A program made the translations under genes and the position numbers. A model generated the notes under the pieces. That model saw nothing but the letters and a program-made list of their open reading frames with translations, ran no database searches and was not told the DNA's origin. From contig CAYPVU010000010.1 of NCBI GenBank assembly GCA_964414295.1, forward strand, positions 6,937-70,936: a DNA stretch of 64,000 nucleotides, given 5' to 3'. The first letter of the stretch is position 1; each line of letters starts with the position of its first letter. Of the stretch, positions 1 through 8,864 are shown piece after piece. Source of the DNA: an uncultured Candidatus Saccharibacteria bacterium (GTDB taxonomy: Bacteria; Patescibacteriota; Dojkabacteria; J137).

Positions 1-1
1 A

Positions 2-862
2 ATGACAGGAACTAGATTAGAAGTGGACGCACATATTATATCTGCTCCTACTACAGCAATTCATAATTTGCAAAAATGCATTCAAAGTATAGGCTTAAGA
101 ATTGATGGTATTGTATTTAGTGGATGGGCTTCTGCTCAATCGGTTCTTACGCAAACTGAAAAAGAATTAGGCGTTTTACTATTAGATTTTGGAGGTGGTA
201 CAGTTTCTATTACTACATTTGTAGAAGACGCAATCACTTATTCTACATCTATTCCATTTGGAGGAAGTAATATAACAAGGGACTTAGCAGCAGGATTAAG
301 GCTATCTTTAGATGATGCAGAAAAAGTAAAGATAAGAGCAGATGAAATCTTTAAAAACTCTGAATCCATTTCGTCTAAAGAGAAAGATGAGGATGATGAT
401 AAGCCAAGAAAGACAGATATATTAGATGTAACTCAATTAGATATTGAAGGAGTAAAGACTATTTCTAGAAAATTATTTACTGATATTATTGGTGCAAGAG
501 TAGAGGAGATCTTTGATCTTGTAAAAGCAAATATTGAACAATCCGGAAACGACTATAAGTTACCAGCAGGTATTGTAATTACTGGAGGTAGTTCATTAGT
601 TCCTGAAATTACTTCAATTGCTAAAAAATCATTTGGTGTTCCTGCAAGAATCGGTACACCTAAGGGCTTGGAAGGTTTAGTTGATGGTATTGCATCTCCA
701 GCTTATGCAGCAGCTCAGGGTTTAATAATGTATGCACTAGGAGATGAGGTTTACAGGGGTGATAGCAAGTTCTCTGCGGGAGGTCCTGCAAAGAAAAAAG
801 GAAGCTCTCAATCAGGTTTATTGGGCAAATTAGGAGGATTATTCAAAAATATACTTCCTTGA
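2..862 (+). CDS. ftsA: Cell division protein FtsA, C-terminal part (5' end outside window)
   Basis: Actin-like ATPase motifs (LLDFGGGTVSIT, ITGGSSLVPEI); lies directly upstream of ftsZ in the usual ftsA-ftsZ order; the ORF runs off the window start. Confidence 0.85.
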   Translation: MTGTRLEVDAHIISAPTTAIHNLQKCIQSIGLRIDGIVFSGWASAQSVLTQTEKELGVLLLDFGGGTVSITTFVEDAITYSTSIPFGGSNITRDLAAGLRLSLDDAEKVKIRADEIFKNSESISSKEKDEDDDKPRKTDILDVTQLDIEGVKTISRKLFTDIIGARVEEIFDLVKANIEQSGNDYKLPAGIVITGGSSLVPEITSIAKKSFGVPARIGTPKGLEGLVDGIASPAYAAAQGLIMYALGDEVYRGDSKFSAGGPAKKKGSSQSGLLGKLGGLFKNILP

Positions 863-1045
863 AAGAGTATAAGATTTATACAAGCTTTTGAATTGGTCCA
901 GCTGATAACATAATATACTAAATCTTAAAGTCCGAAAGACGTGTAATTTGTTTAAACAATATTTGCGTTGAAATTTAGGATCTGCTTGAAAATTTAGAAC
1001 TATTAGCATAGTATATAAATACGAATTAATTTTTAGACATGATGT

Positions 1046-2218
1046 ATGTTAGTAAAACCTCAGGCTGCGCTTTCAGCTAAAATCAAAGTTGTTGGAGTAG
1101 GAGGCGGCGGTGGCAATGCTCTAAATACAATGATTAATGAATACAATATTCAAGATGTAGAATTTATTGCAATTAATACTGATGCACAAGCATTAATGAA
1201 CTCTAAGGCTGATATTAAATTAAGAATCGGTGAACAAATTACTAGAGGATTAGGAAGCGGTGGAAATCCAATTATAGGAAGAAAAGCCGCAGAAGAAAGT
1301 GTAGATTTAATACACGAAAATTTAGCAGGATCTGATATGGTTTTTGTAACTGCGGGTATGGGCGGAGGAACAGGTACAGGTGCTTCTCCAATTGTTGCAG
1401 GTATTTCAAAAAACTTAGGAGCATTAACTGTTGGAGTAGTAACCAAACCCTTTCATTTTGAAATGAAAAGAAGAATGGACTCTGCCTTAAAAGGTATTGA
1501 GGAATTAAGAGAAAAGGTAGATACATTAATTATTGTTCCTAATCAAAGACTTTTAGAAACAATGGATAAGAATGTTCCATTCTTGGAAGCTATGAAAAAA
1601 GCTGATGACATTCTTGCACAAGCTGTTAAAAGCATTGCGAACTTAATTACTCAAACAGGATTAATTAATGTAGACTTTGCTGACGTAAGAAGTGTTATGG
1701 ATAATGGAGGAACTGCGTTAATGGGTATTGGATCTGCAACCGGAGAAAATAGAGCAATGGAAGCATCTAAAATGGCTATAGAAAGTCCACTTTTAGAAGT
1801 TTCAATTGATGGAGCAAAAGGTGTTCTATTTAATGTTGTAGGTGGTCGAGACTTATCTATGACTGAAATTAGTGAAGCTGCTGAAGTTGTTAAAGAAAAA
1901 ATTAATCCAGATGCTATATTTATTTTCGGAGCAAGTATTGATCCAGCTTATGAAGATAAATTTGAAGTTACTGTACTAGCTACAGGATTTGAATCAGACT
2001 ACATTAATTCTGAATTAATGAATATGGGTATGAATCCCGTTAATTCAATGACTTCTAGATCTCAGCAACCACAAAAACCAGCAGAGAATAGAGGTGGAAT
2101 GTCAGGCGGAATTCTTGGTAGCCTATCTAAACCTAAATCCTCGCAAGGCACTGATGAAGAAGATTTAGATTCATTACCTTCTTTCTTAAGAAGAAGAAAT
2201 CCAAATAACGAGGATTAA
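1046..2218 (+). CDS. ftsZ: Cell division GTPase FtsZ
   Basis: Tubulin signature GVGGGGGNA, the T7 loop, and a C-terminal disordered tail; 390 aa. Confidence 0.95.
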   Translation: MLVKPQAALSAKIKVVGVGGGGGNALNTMINEYNIQDVEFIAINTDAQALMNSKADIKLRIGEQITRGLGSGGNPIIGRKAAEESVDLIHENLAGSDMVFVTAGMGGGTGTGASPIVAGISKNLGALTVGVVTKPFHFEMKRRMDSALKGIEELREKVDTLIIVPNQRLLETMDKNVPFLEAMKKADDILAQAVKSIANLITQTGLINVDFADVRSVMDNGGTALMGIGSATGENRAMEASKMAIESPLLEVSIDGAKGVLFNVVGGRDLSMTEISEAAEVVKEKINPDAIFIFGASIDPAYEDKFEVTVLATGFESDYINSELMNMGMNPVNSMTSRSQQPQKPAENRGGMSGGILGSLSKPKSSQGTDEEDLDSLPSFLRRRNPNNED

Positions 2219-2220
2219 TA

Positions 2221-2658
2221 ATGTCTGCTAAAAGATTTACATTTCTAGCTGCTGTACATTTATTTCTGTTAAAAGACAACAGAATATTACTTTTGCGTAG
2301 ATTTAATACTGGTTATGAAGATGGTAATTATAGTGTAGTTGCGGGCCATTTAGATGGTAATGAAAGTGTTTTTACAGGAATGATAAGAGAGGCTAGGGAA
2401 GAAGCAGCCATTACTATTAAAAAGGAAGACCTTGAAGTTGTTCACGTAATGCATAGAAAATCTACGGATAATGAGCGTATAGATTTTTTCTTAGCGTGTA
2501 GAGCGTGGGAAGGTGATATTAAAAATTTAGAAAAAGATAAATGCGATGACTTATCGTGGTTTAACATAGATCAGCTTCCAGTAAATACAATCCCTTATAT
2601 TAAATTTGCTATAGAAAACTATAAGAACAGGGTTAACTTTTCTGAATTTAATATTTAA
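2221..2658 (+). CDS. NUDIX hydrolase
   Basis: Nudix box GHLDGNESVFTGMIREAREEAAI (G-x5-E-x7-REx2EE); 145 aa. Confidence 0.7.
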   Translation: MSAKRFTFLAAVHLFLLKDNRILLLRRFNTGYEDGNYSVVAGHLDGNESVFTGMIREAREEAAITIKKEDLEVVHVMHRKSTDNERIDFFLACRAWEGDIKNLEKDKCDDLSWFNIDQLPVNTIPYIKFAIENYKNRVNFSEFNI

Positions 2659-3518
2659 ACAGGTCTTGCTACAGCAACGTATCTATTTTCGTTACTGCCA
2701 AGCGGAAAGCATGTTACCAAAGTCAATGTTTGTCTGCCCTTAGTTCCTGTAATTACAGAAGTATCGGTTGGTTTTACAATCTTGCTGCTGCTCATTTTAT
2801 ATTTATATTCTTTCCCTTCCATCTCAATTATAATTTCGTCACCTACCTTTAGGTCAGGTAAAAATGAGAATGCTACTTGAGGATCTTTTGGGCTAGGATT
2901 ATAGTTAGGACTTGCGCTATGTCCATAAACTAGCATGTTATTTTTTATATTAGATATTGGTAATCCTGTGCTTTTAAAATGAGCTAATTTTGTTAAAAGT
3001 ACTTGGTTATATACTTCTTCGGTAGTGCTGTCTACATTAGATTCTACAGGTAGTCTTTCAATTCCAATTGAAGGAATTGTTAAATAAAAAGTACCTTGGT
3101 AGTTTAAACTAGTAGAATCTTCTTCTAGTGTATGTTCATTTAATGCCTGAATAGTTAACTCTTTGAATCCTTGTGGTTTAGAAATATAGCTGGCAAGATC
3201 TAAGTATTGATCAGAAACTGGTGAAACATTGCCTTGAGAAAGATATCCGGCTGAACTTTGAATTGCAGCCTGTATGTCTGGAAAGAATTCCTTATATATG
3301 AATACTCCTCCAATAGCAATAAAGGCTATAGGTACTATTAAGTTTGCAATAGAAGATTTTTTTGTTAGCCCAAAAATATCTTCGTAAATACCTCTAGGTA
3401 TAGCCATGGCTTTAGTGATTATACTTTCCTTTTGTCTGTAGTCTCTAATTACAAACTCTTCGTTGCTGCTTTGAAATTTGCTAGGCGTTTTTGTTTTTTG
3501 GTATTTATAAAGTGCCAT
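2655..3518 (-). CDS. Sortase-family transpeptidase (membrane anchored)
   Basis: N-terminal TM helix, a His in VYGHSA and a C-terminal TLTLVTC(x12)R motif that resembles the sortase TLxTC active-site Cys box. Confidence 0.55.
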   Translation of the reverse strand: MALYKYQKTKTPSKFQSSNEEFVIRDYRQKESIITKAMAIPRGIYEDIFGLTKKSSIANLIVPIAFIAIGGVFIYKEFFPDIQAAIQSSAGYLSQGNVSPVSDQYLDLASYISKPQGFKELTIQALNEHTLEEDSTSLNYQGTFYLTIPSIGIERLPVESNVDSTTEEVYNQVLLTKLAHFKSTGLPISNIKNNMLVYGHSASPNYNPSPKDPQVAFSFLPDLKVGDEIIIEMEGKEYKYKMSSSKIVKPTDTSVITGTKGRQTLTLVTCFPLGSNENRYVAVARPV

Positions 3519-3615
3519 TTATTAATTCAGCCGATGTTCCACTAATAAAATTTTGAAATTGGTGTTAAAATAGAGAGCAAAAAATTGCCCCTATAAATAT
3601 AATATTTGTTAGCTA

Positions 3616-4899
3616 GTGCTAATGTCAATAATTTCAGAAGATAAACAAAAAGTAAGAAACCTGGTAGAGCAGGGTAAAAAACAGGGATACCTTACACATG
3701 ACGACATTTTAGACGTTTTTCCAGAGGTTGAAGATAATTTAAATTTATTAGAATACATAATAACAAGCCTTCAAGATGCTGACATTGAATTAATTGAACC
3801 TTTAGAAGATGCTGAGTATAAATACATGGCTGGAGCAGCAAGTAAAATGTCTTTTGAAGAAAAGATTAGAATTTTAAAGCAAATAAAATCTCATGTAAGT
3901 ACTGATCCGATTAGAGCATACCTACAAGAAATCGGTAAAATTCCATTACTAAGTGCAGAAGAGGAAGTTATTTTAGCTAAAAGAATAGAGGATGCAGAAG
4001 CTGAATTCTTAAAGGTTATTCCAGAAATTGCTGAAAAAAACATTGATCCAATATACGAAAAGGCAGCAAAAATAATCTCTAAAGGTACAAAAAAGAATCC
4101 AAGTATAGAAGCATCTAAAAAAAGAATTATTGAAAAAGATAAAAGATTCTTAAATGAAAAAATGAAGCTTGGAGTAGAAGCTAAGCATTTATTAACTACC
4201 GCTAACTTAAGACTTGTAGTTTCTATTGCAAAAAACTATCTAAAAAGAGGTTTAGACTTATTAGACTTAATCCAGGAGGGTAATTTAGGTTTAATGAGAG
4301 CAGTAGATAAGTTTGAATACAGAAAAGGATTTAAATTTTCTACTTATGCTACCTGGTGGATTAGACAGGCTATTACAAGAGCAATTGCTGATCAGGCAAG
4401 AACAATCAGAGTGCCTGTTCATATGATTGAAACTATTAATAAGTTAAGTAAAGTTTCTTCTCAGTTAGCTGCAAAATTAGGTAGAAAACCTACCCCAAAA
4501 GAAATTGCAGATGAGATGGGATTATCAATACAAAAAGTTAATGAAATTATTAAAATTGCTCAAAAGCCTCAATCTTTAGAAGCACCTATTGGTGATGAAT
4601 CAGATGCAAGTTCATTAAGTGATATTATTGCAGATGAATACACTGCATCACCTCAGGAATTAGCAACATGGTCATATTTAAAGAAGCAAATCAATGAGAT
4701 TTTAGGAAACTTATCAGACCGAGAAAGAAAAGTATTGGAATTAAGATTTGGATTAAGAGATGGAGTAGCTAGAACACTAGAAGAAGTAGGACATGAATTT
4801 AATGTAACAAGAGAAAGAATTAGACAAATTGAAGCTAAAGCTTTAAGAAGAATTAAAAGTGACGAAATTGCTCAGGCATTAAGAGATTATTTAAACTAA
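3616..4899 (+). CDS. rpoD: RNA polymerase primary sigma factor (sigma-70)
   Basis: Regions 2-4 are present (DLIQEGNLGLMRAVDKFEYRKGFKFSTYATWWIRQAITRAIADQARTIRVP); region 4 HTH (EEVGHEFNVTRERIRQIEAKALRRI). Confidence 0.95.
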   Translation: MLMSIISEDKQKVRNLVEQGKKQGYLTHDDILDVFPEVEDNLNLLEYIITSLQDADIELIEPLEDAEYKYMAGAASKMSFEEKIRILKQIKSHVSTDPIRAYLQEIGKIPLLSAEEEVILAKRIEDAEAEFLKVIPEIAEKNIDPIYEKAAKIISKGTKKNPSIEASKKRIIEKDKRFLNEKMKLGVEAKHLLTTANLRLVVSIAKNYLKRGLDLLDLIQEGNLGLMRAVDKFEYRKGFKFSTYATWWIRQAITRAIADQARTIRVPVHMIETINKLSKVSSQLAAKLGRKPTPKEIADEMGLSIQKVNEIIKIAQKPQSLEAPIGDESDASSLSDIIADEYTASPQELATWSYLKKQINEILGNLSDRERKVLELRFGLRDGVARTLEEVGHEFNVTRERIRQIEAKALRRIKSDEIAQALRDYLN

Positions 4900-4949
4900 G
4901 AGTATATAGTGGTAGACTAAATAGGAATATTTAGTTTACCACTTGTACA

Positions 4950-5804
4950 ATGTATACCGACTTACAATCTTCCAGTCAGGATAAGCAAACTTCAGAAAGA
5001 TATAGAATTTGGCTTTTGCAATCTCAATATGATTTAAAAGCTGCCGAAGAATCCATAAATGATAAGTTTTACGAATGGTCTTGCTATCAATCTGTTCAAG
5101 CTGTAGAAAAGGCTTTAAAATCTGTAATTATCCATGCCGGCTGGAGATCACCAAAGACACACAAACTTGGAGTCCTTTTAAGTATGTGTAATAGAGCAAA
5201 TGAAAGATTCAAGGAAGTTAAATTCAATTTTAGAAAAATTGAAGTTTATACATTTATTTCACGATATCCTTTTATTTATCCTGGTGAAAATAATGCTCCA
5301 CATGATTTAATAAATGAAAACGATGCTAGAACATGTTTTGATATTGCTACAAGTATGATTAGTAAAGTCGAAGAGTTCTTACAGCACAATACTCCAACTT
5401 ATCAGGATAAAGGAGAAATAGATTTAGAAAACTATTATTTCACACCAGAAGAAGTAGACCAAAGAATTCAAGGAATCATTCAAGAATTAACACTTGATTT
5501 AAAGCTAAAAGTAGAAAAGATTGTTTTATTTGGATCTTTTGCAAGAGAAAAATTGCACCCACGAACTAGTACAATGGACCTATTGATTGTTGCCCAAACA
5601 GATATTCCGTTTATTGAAAGAATTCAGTATGTAAGAGAATTAACAAAAGATGAAGAACCTATTATTGAACCCCTTGTATATACTCCTCAAGAGTTTGACT
5701 ACATGTTAAAGGATGAAAGAGAAGGGTATGTTGAAAGTGCTATAGATGAAGGTAAAGTTGTTTACGATAAGAATCTTGCACTAGACAAGCAGATTGTTAA
5801 ATAA
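4950..5804 (+). CDS. HEPN domain / minimal nucleotidyltransferase fusion protein
   Basis: N-terminal HEPN-like helix pair with an R-x4-H motif (WRSPKTHKLG). C-terminal NTase fold motif hG[GS] (VLFGSFAREK...MDLLIV). The usual DxD looks degenerate (only one Asp). Confidence 0.55.
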   Translation: MYTDLQSSSQDKQTSERYRIWLLQSQYDLKAAEESINDKFYEWSCYQSVQAVEKALKSVIIHAGWRSPKTHKLGVLLSMCNRANERFKEVKFNFRKIEVYTFISRYPFIYPGENNAPHDLINENDARTCFDIATSMISKVEEFLQHNTPTYQDKGEIDLENYYFTPEEVDQRIQGIIQELTLDLKLKVEKIVLFGSFAREKLHPRTSTMDLLIVAQTDIPFIERIQYVRELTKDEEPIIEPLVYTPQEFDYMLKDEREGYVESAIDEGKVVYDKNLALDKQIVK

Positions 5805-5827
5805 CTAATTCTAAATAAAGTTGTTGA

Positions 5828-5857
5828 AGCGGGCCTCAAAGAGGCCCGCTTTTGTGT
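5828..5857 (+). terminator. Rho-independent terminator after the HEPN-NTase gene
   Basis: Perfect GC-rich hairpin agcgggcctc-aaa-gaggcccgct followed by TTTGTGTT. Confidence 0.7.
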
Positions 5858-6004
5858 TCCAATACAAGGAATTTAAAGTAATAAACTGTAAGAATTAAGT
5901 AAGAGTTTATTATTAAATTAATTGCATTACTTATTAATGCATTAATTATGAAGCCCCCATAAATAGCTTTATATAAACTTCTTATTTAAACTTTAACTTT
6001 AATT

Positions 6005-6859
6005 ATGAAATTTAATAAAAGACATTTAATCTTCTTACTTTTATTTGGTACAGCAGTTATAAATTTACCTATTATGGCTGCAGTTACTTGGACACAGAAT
6101 AATAATGATATATGGAGTGATGGACAAGTCTTGGTGAAAGCTCCTAGTAGTAGTGCAGAAGGATCTTTAAGAATATCATCTTATGCGGGAGGATGGAGTT
6201 CTGATAATCTTATTCTGTCCCTAAAGTCAAACCACGCACTTATAGAAACTTGGGGAGGTACCAAGCCGCTAGCATTACAGGTAGCAGGAGGTAGAGTTGC
6301 AATTGGTAATACTACACCTGGTGTCAAACTTGATGTTAAAGGAAACAATGCCTTAGGCAATAACCCAAACGTTGTTGCTGCATTTAGAGCTAATAATCAT
6401 GCTGGAGTTGTTATAGGAAGCTTAAATGGTAATACACCATATATTGGAGATGATCCTGGTGCAAGTTCTTCTGTAGGTTTATCCTTTTTTACCAATGGTA
6501 CAGAGAGAATGAGAATTAAAAATGATAACGGAAATATAGGAATTGGGACAACAAATCCTACTCAAAAGTTATCGGTAAATGGAACGATTTTAGCAAAAGA
6601 AGTTAGGGTTTCTACTTCCAGCAGTAGTTGGCCAGACTATGTGTTTGAGGAAGGATATATTCTAAAGTCTTTGTCGGATGTGGACGAGTACATAAAGGAG
6701 AATAAACATTTACCAAATGTCCCTAGTGCAAAAGAAGTAGAAGAGAAGGGTATTTCTTTAGGAGAAATGCAAAAAATACATATGGAAAAGATTGAAGAGT
6801 TGACGTTATATGTAATTGAACTGGAGAAACTAATTAAGGAATTAAAACCCAAATTATGA
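6005..6859 (+). CDS. Secreted fibre-like protein (Gly-rich beta repeats plus conserved C-terminal helical module)
   Basis: Sec signal peptide. Gly/Asn-rich repeats of the IGIGTTNPTQKLSVNGTI type typical of tail-fibre/BclA-like beta structures. C-terminal WPDYVFEEGY...HLPNVPSAKEVEEKGISLGEMQKIHMEKIEELTLYVIELEKLIKEL segment. Confidence 0.45.
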   Translation: MKFNKRHLIFLLLFGTAVINLPIMAAVTWTQNNNDIWSDGQVLVKAPSSSAEGSLRISSYAGGWSSDNLILSLKSNHALIETWGGTKPLALQVAGGRVAIGNTTPGVKLDVKGNNALGNNPNVVAAFRANNHAGVVIGSLNGNTPYIGDDPGASSSVGLSFFTNGTERMRIKNDNGNIGIGTTNPTQKLSVNGTILAKEVRVSTSSSSWPDYVFEEGYILKSLSDVDEYIKENKHLPNVPSAKEVEEKGISLGEMQKIHMEKIEELTLYVIELEKLIKELKPKL

Positions 6860-7449
6860 AAAGATTACTTTTTATAGGTGCTATATTTGCAATATTGATA
6901 TCAAGCACTACTCTTGGATTTCATTCCTACGCTCTTAATTCAAAATTAGAAACGTATAGAGAATTAAAAGAAAATATTAACTTAGATCTTGAGTCTTTAG
7001 GAAATTTAGAAAAAAACACTAGTAGACCTAAAAAGCTTAAGGATTTTAAAAATATTTATATTTTGTCTAAAAGAGATGTTGATCCCTACAAACATTTAGA
7101 GTTACTTATTATCCCTATGATAGATAATAAGGACTTAAGTGCTAGTGACATACTTAAGTCTTTCATAGCTAAGTATGTTACTACAGAATTCCCCTTTGAG
7201 GTTACAACAGAAAATAATGGTTCTATAGAAACTTCGTATACAAGCTTTTCGATTTTTTCTGATGGGGAGCATAGATCAGGAGAAAGATATGGCATTGTAA
7301 AAAAGAATAAAAAATACATTATTTTAATTCAAGGCTATATAAATCCCTTTGAGGGTAATAATGTATTTCAACATGAGTTTTTTAAATCGATTAGTAAAGG
7401 TATTAATTTTAATAGTAACAATAATGAAGAAGTTTTTTATAATCTTTAG
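6856..7449 (+). CDS. Hypothetical secreted protein
   Basis: ATGA start/stop overlap with the upstream gene; N-terminal signal peptide; no recognisable motif. Confidence 0.4.
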   Translation: MKRLLFIGAIFAILISSTTLGFHSYALNSKLETYRELKENINLDLESLGNLEKNTSRPKKLKDFKNIYILSKRDVDPYKHLELLIIPMIDNKDLSASDILKSFIAKYVTTEFPFEVTTENNGSIETSYTSFSIFSDGEHRSGERYGIVKKNKKYIILIQGYINPFEGNNVFQHEFFKSISKGINFNSNNNEEVFYNL

Positions 7450-8143
7450 CATATTGATTTGCTCACTATATCCTCAACTCAGAGTGAAAGCTGAACCTGT
7501 GTTCAGTTGGCCCTCTAATGGTTATCTAGGATGGACCTATACATATCCTAATGGTACTACAAATGGCCATAACGGAATTGATATTTGGGGCAATACTTCA
7601 GGTACATGGGGAAATGGTATAAGTCCTAATCAAGGAGATGGAAGTAGTTGGGATATTTTTCCAGTTAGTGATGGACAGATTAAATACTCGTCAACAACAG
7701 TAGCAGGTGGAGGTATAAGCATAAAACATTCTGATAATTTATACTCGTTTTATTGGCACGTTAAAGGTATTCAAGTAAACAACGATGATTGGGTAACGAG
7801 AGATTCCCTGTTGGGTCAAATGAACTACCATCCCAGTGATTCAAGCAAAATTGTTCACGTCCACCTTACGATTGCTGATTCAAACTTTGATTCCTCTGCA
7901 ATTGATCCTTCACCTTACTTTGATCAAAACTTAGATTATGGAAGTGAGGGATATAGCATAGAGTGGATGAAACCAGTTACTAGGGTAGTTAATTCAGCCA
8001 ATAATATTATATGTGGAGCTTTTGTAGTTCAAATTATTAATAAAACTATTACTGATAGTATTGATTGTAAGGCTCAAAACGAGATAATATTATCTCCAGA
8101 GACAAGAATCTTTAGTGGTAGTAGTAGATTCTATATAAACTAA
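7424..8143 (+). CDS. M23-family (LytM-like) metallopeptidase, secreted
   Basis: HxxxD (HNGIDIW) and HxH (VHVHLT) zinc-ligand motifs. Signal peptide begins at the internal Met (MKKFFIIFSILICSLYP), so the start is moved from the 7349 ORF start to 7424. Confidence 0.65.
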   Translation: MKKFFIIFSILICSLYPQLRVKAEPVFSWPSNGYLGWTYTYPNGTTNGHNGIDIWGNTSGTWGNGISPNQGDGSSWDIFPVSDGQIKYSSTTVAGGGISIKHSDNLYSFYWHVKGIQVNNDDWVTRDSLLGQMNYHPSDSSKIVHVHLTIADSNFDSSAIDPSPYFDQNLDYGSEGYSIEWMKPVTRVVNSANNIICGAFVVQIINKTITDSIDCKAQNEIILSPETRIFSGSSRFYIN

Positions 8144-8159
8144 TTATTAAATAATATTC

Positions 8160-8801
8160 ATGAGGAAGTTTGTTATCTTATCTGCTGGGGTTTTAGTGAT
8201 TGTAGCATCGATTACTACTTATGTACTTTTAAATAGAAATCCTGAACAAACGGATATTAATATTACAACAAGTAACAATACTTATGAATTTAGTAATTTT
8301 TTTGATCTATCATTAGATAAGAGATCGGTGAATACATTAGCAATTGAAGTACCTTCAAGATATAAAGCTAATCAACATTCAAATTATGTACTAAGTATTG
8401 AAGATGAAAATGTTCAACTAATATTAATTAATCCAGGTACAGAAGCTTTTAGCTTTTATACACTAAAAAGCAATGATGGATCTACTGTAAAGGCAAATGA
8501 CTACTTTAATGGAGATTTAATAAAATTTTTAGATAGAGGCGAATTGAAAATTTATAGTCGTGATAAAGATATCTTTAACTCTTTTATTTATCCAAATAAG
8601 TATTTCTATATAGAAGAAGCACAGTTAAGTACTAACTCTTGTTCGGAGGAATTTGGTTGTCCTGGAGCTTCAATATTAATAGAGGGAGATTATCCTCTAT
8701 ATTTACTTTGTTCTACCAATTCTGAAAATGATTCAAATAATTGTGAAGATATCTTATTAAGTCTTAAATTTAATAGAGAAAATAGAGTAGAACAGAGATA
8801 A
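8160..8801 (+). CDS. Hypothetical membrane-anchored/secreted protein
   Basis: N-terminal TM/signal anchor; Cys cluster near the C-terminus; no known motif. Confidence 0.4.
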   Translation: MRKFVILSAGVLVIVASITTYVLLNRNPEQTDINITTSNNTYEFSNFFDLSLDKRSVNTLAIEVPSRYKANQHSNYVLSIEDENVQLILINPGTEAFSFYTLKSNDGSTVKANDYFNGDLIKFLDRGELKIYSRDKDIFNSFIYPNKYFYIEEAQLSTNSCSEEFGCPGASILIEGDYPLYLLCSTNSENDSNNCEDILLSLKFNRENRVEQR

Positions 8802-8816
8802 AAAACATAGATAACA

Positions 8817-8845
8817 AAAAACGGAGCCTTTTGGCTCCGTTTTAA
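8817..8845. terminator. Bidirectional rho-independent terminator between convergent genes
   Basis: aaaaacggagcc-tttt-ggctccgtttt hairpin flanked by A-run and T-run. Confidence 0.7.
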
Positions 8846-8864
8846 TTTAGTTATTATTCCTTTT

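Noticed and set aside
1150-1526. Two minus-strand ORFs (98 and 84 aa) inside ftsZ
   Set aside because: Antisense to a highly conserved ftsZ coding region; low-complexity translations; classic shadow ORFs.
7349-7423. N-terminal 25-codon extension of the M23 peptidase ORF
   Set aside because: The extension overlaps the upstream gene by about 100 nt, and the signal peptide starts at the internal Met at 7424.
6005-8801. Prophage remnant, suggested by the tail-fibre-like repeats
   Set aside because: No capsid, terminase, portal or integrase genes adjacent; the fibre-like repeats also occur in non-phage surface proteins.
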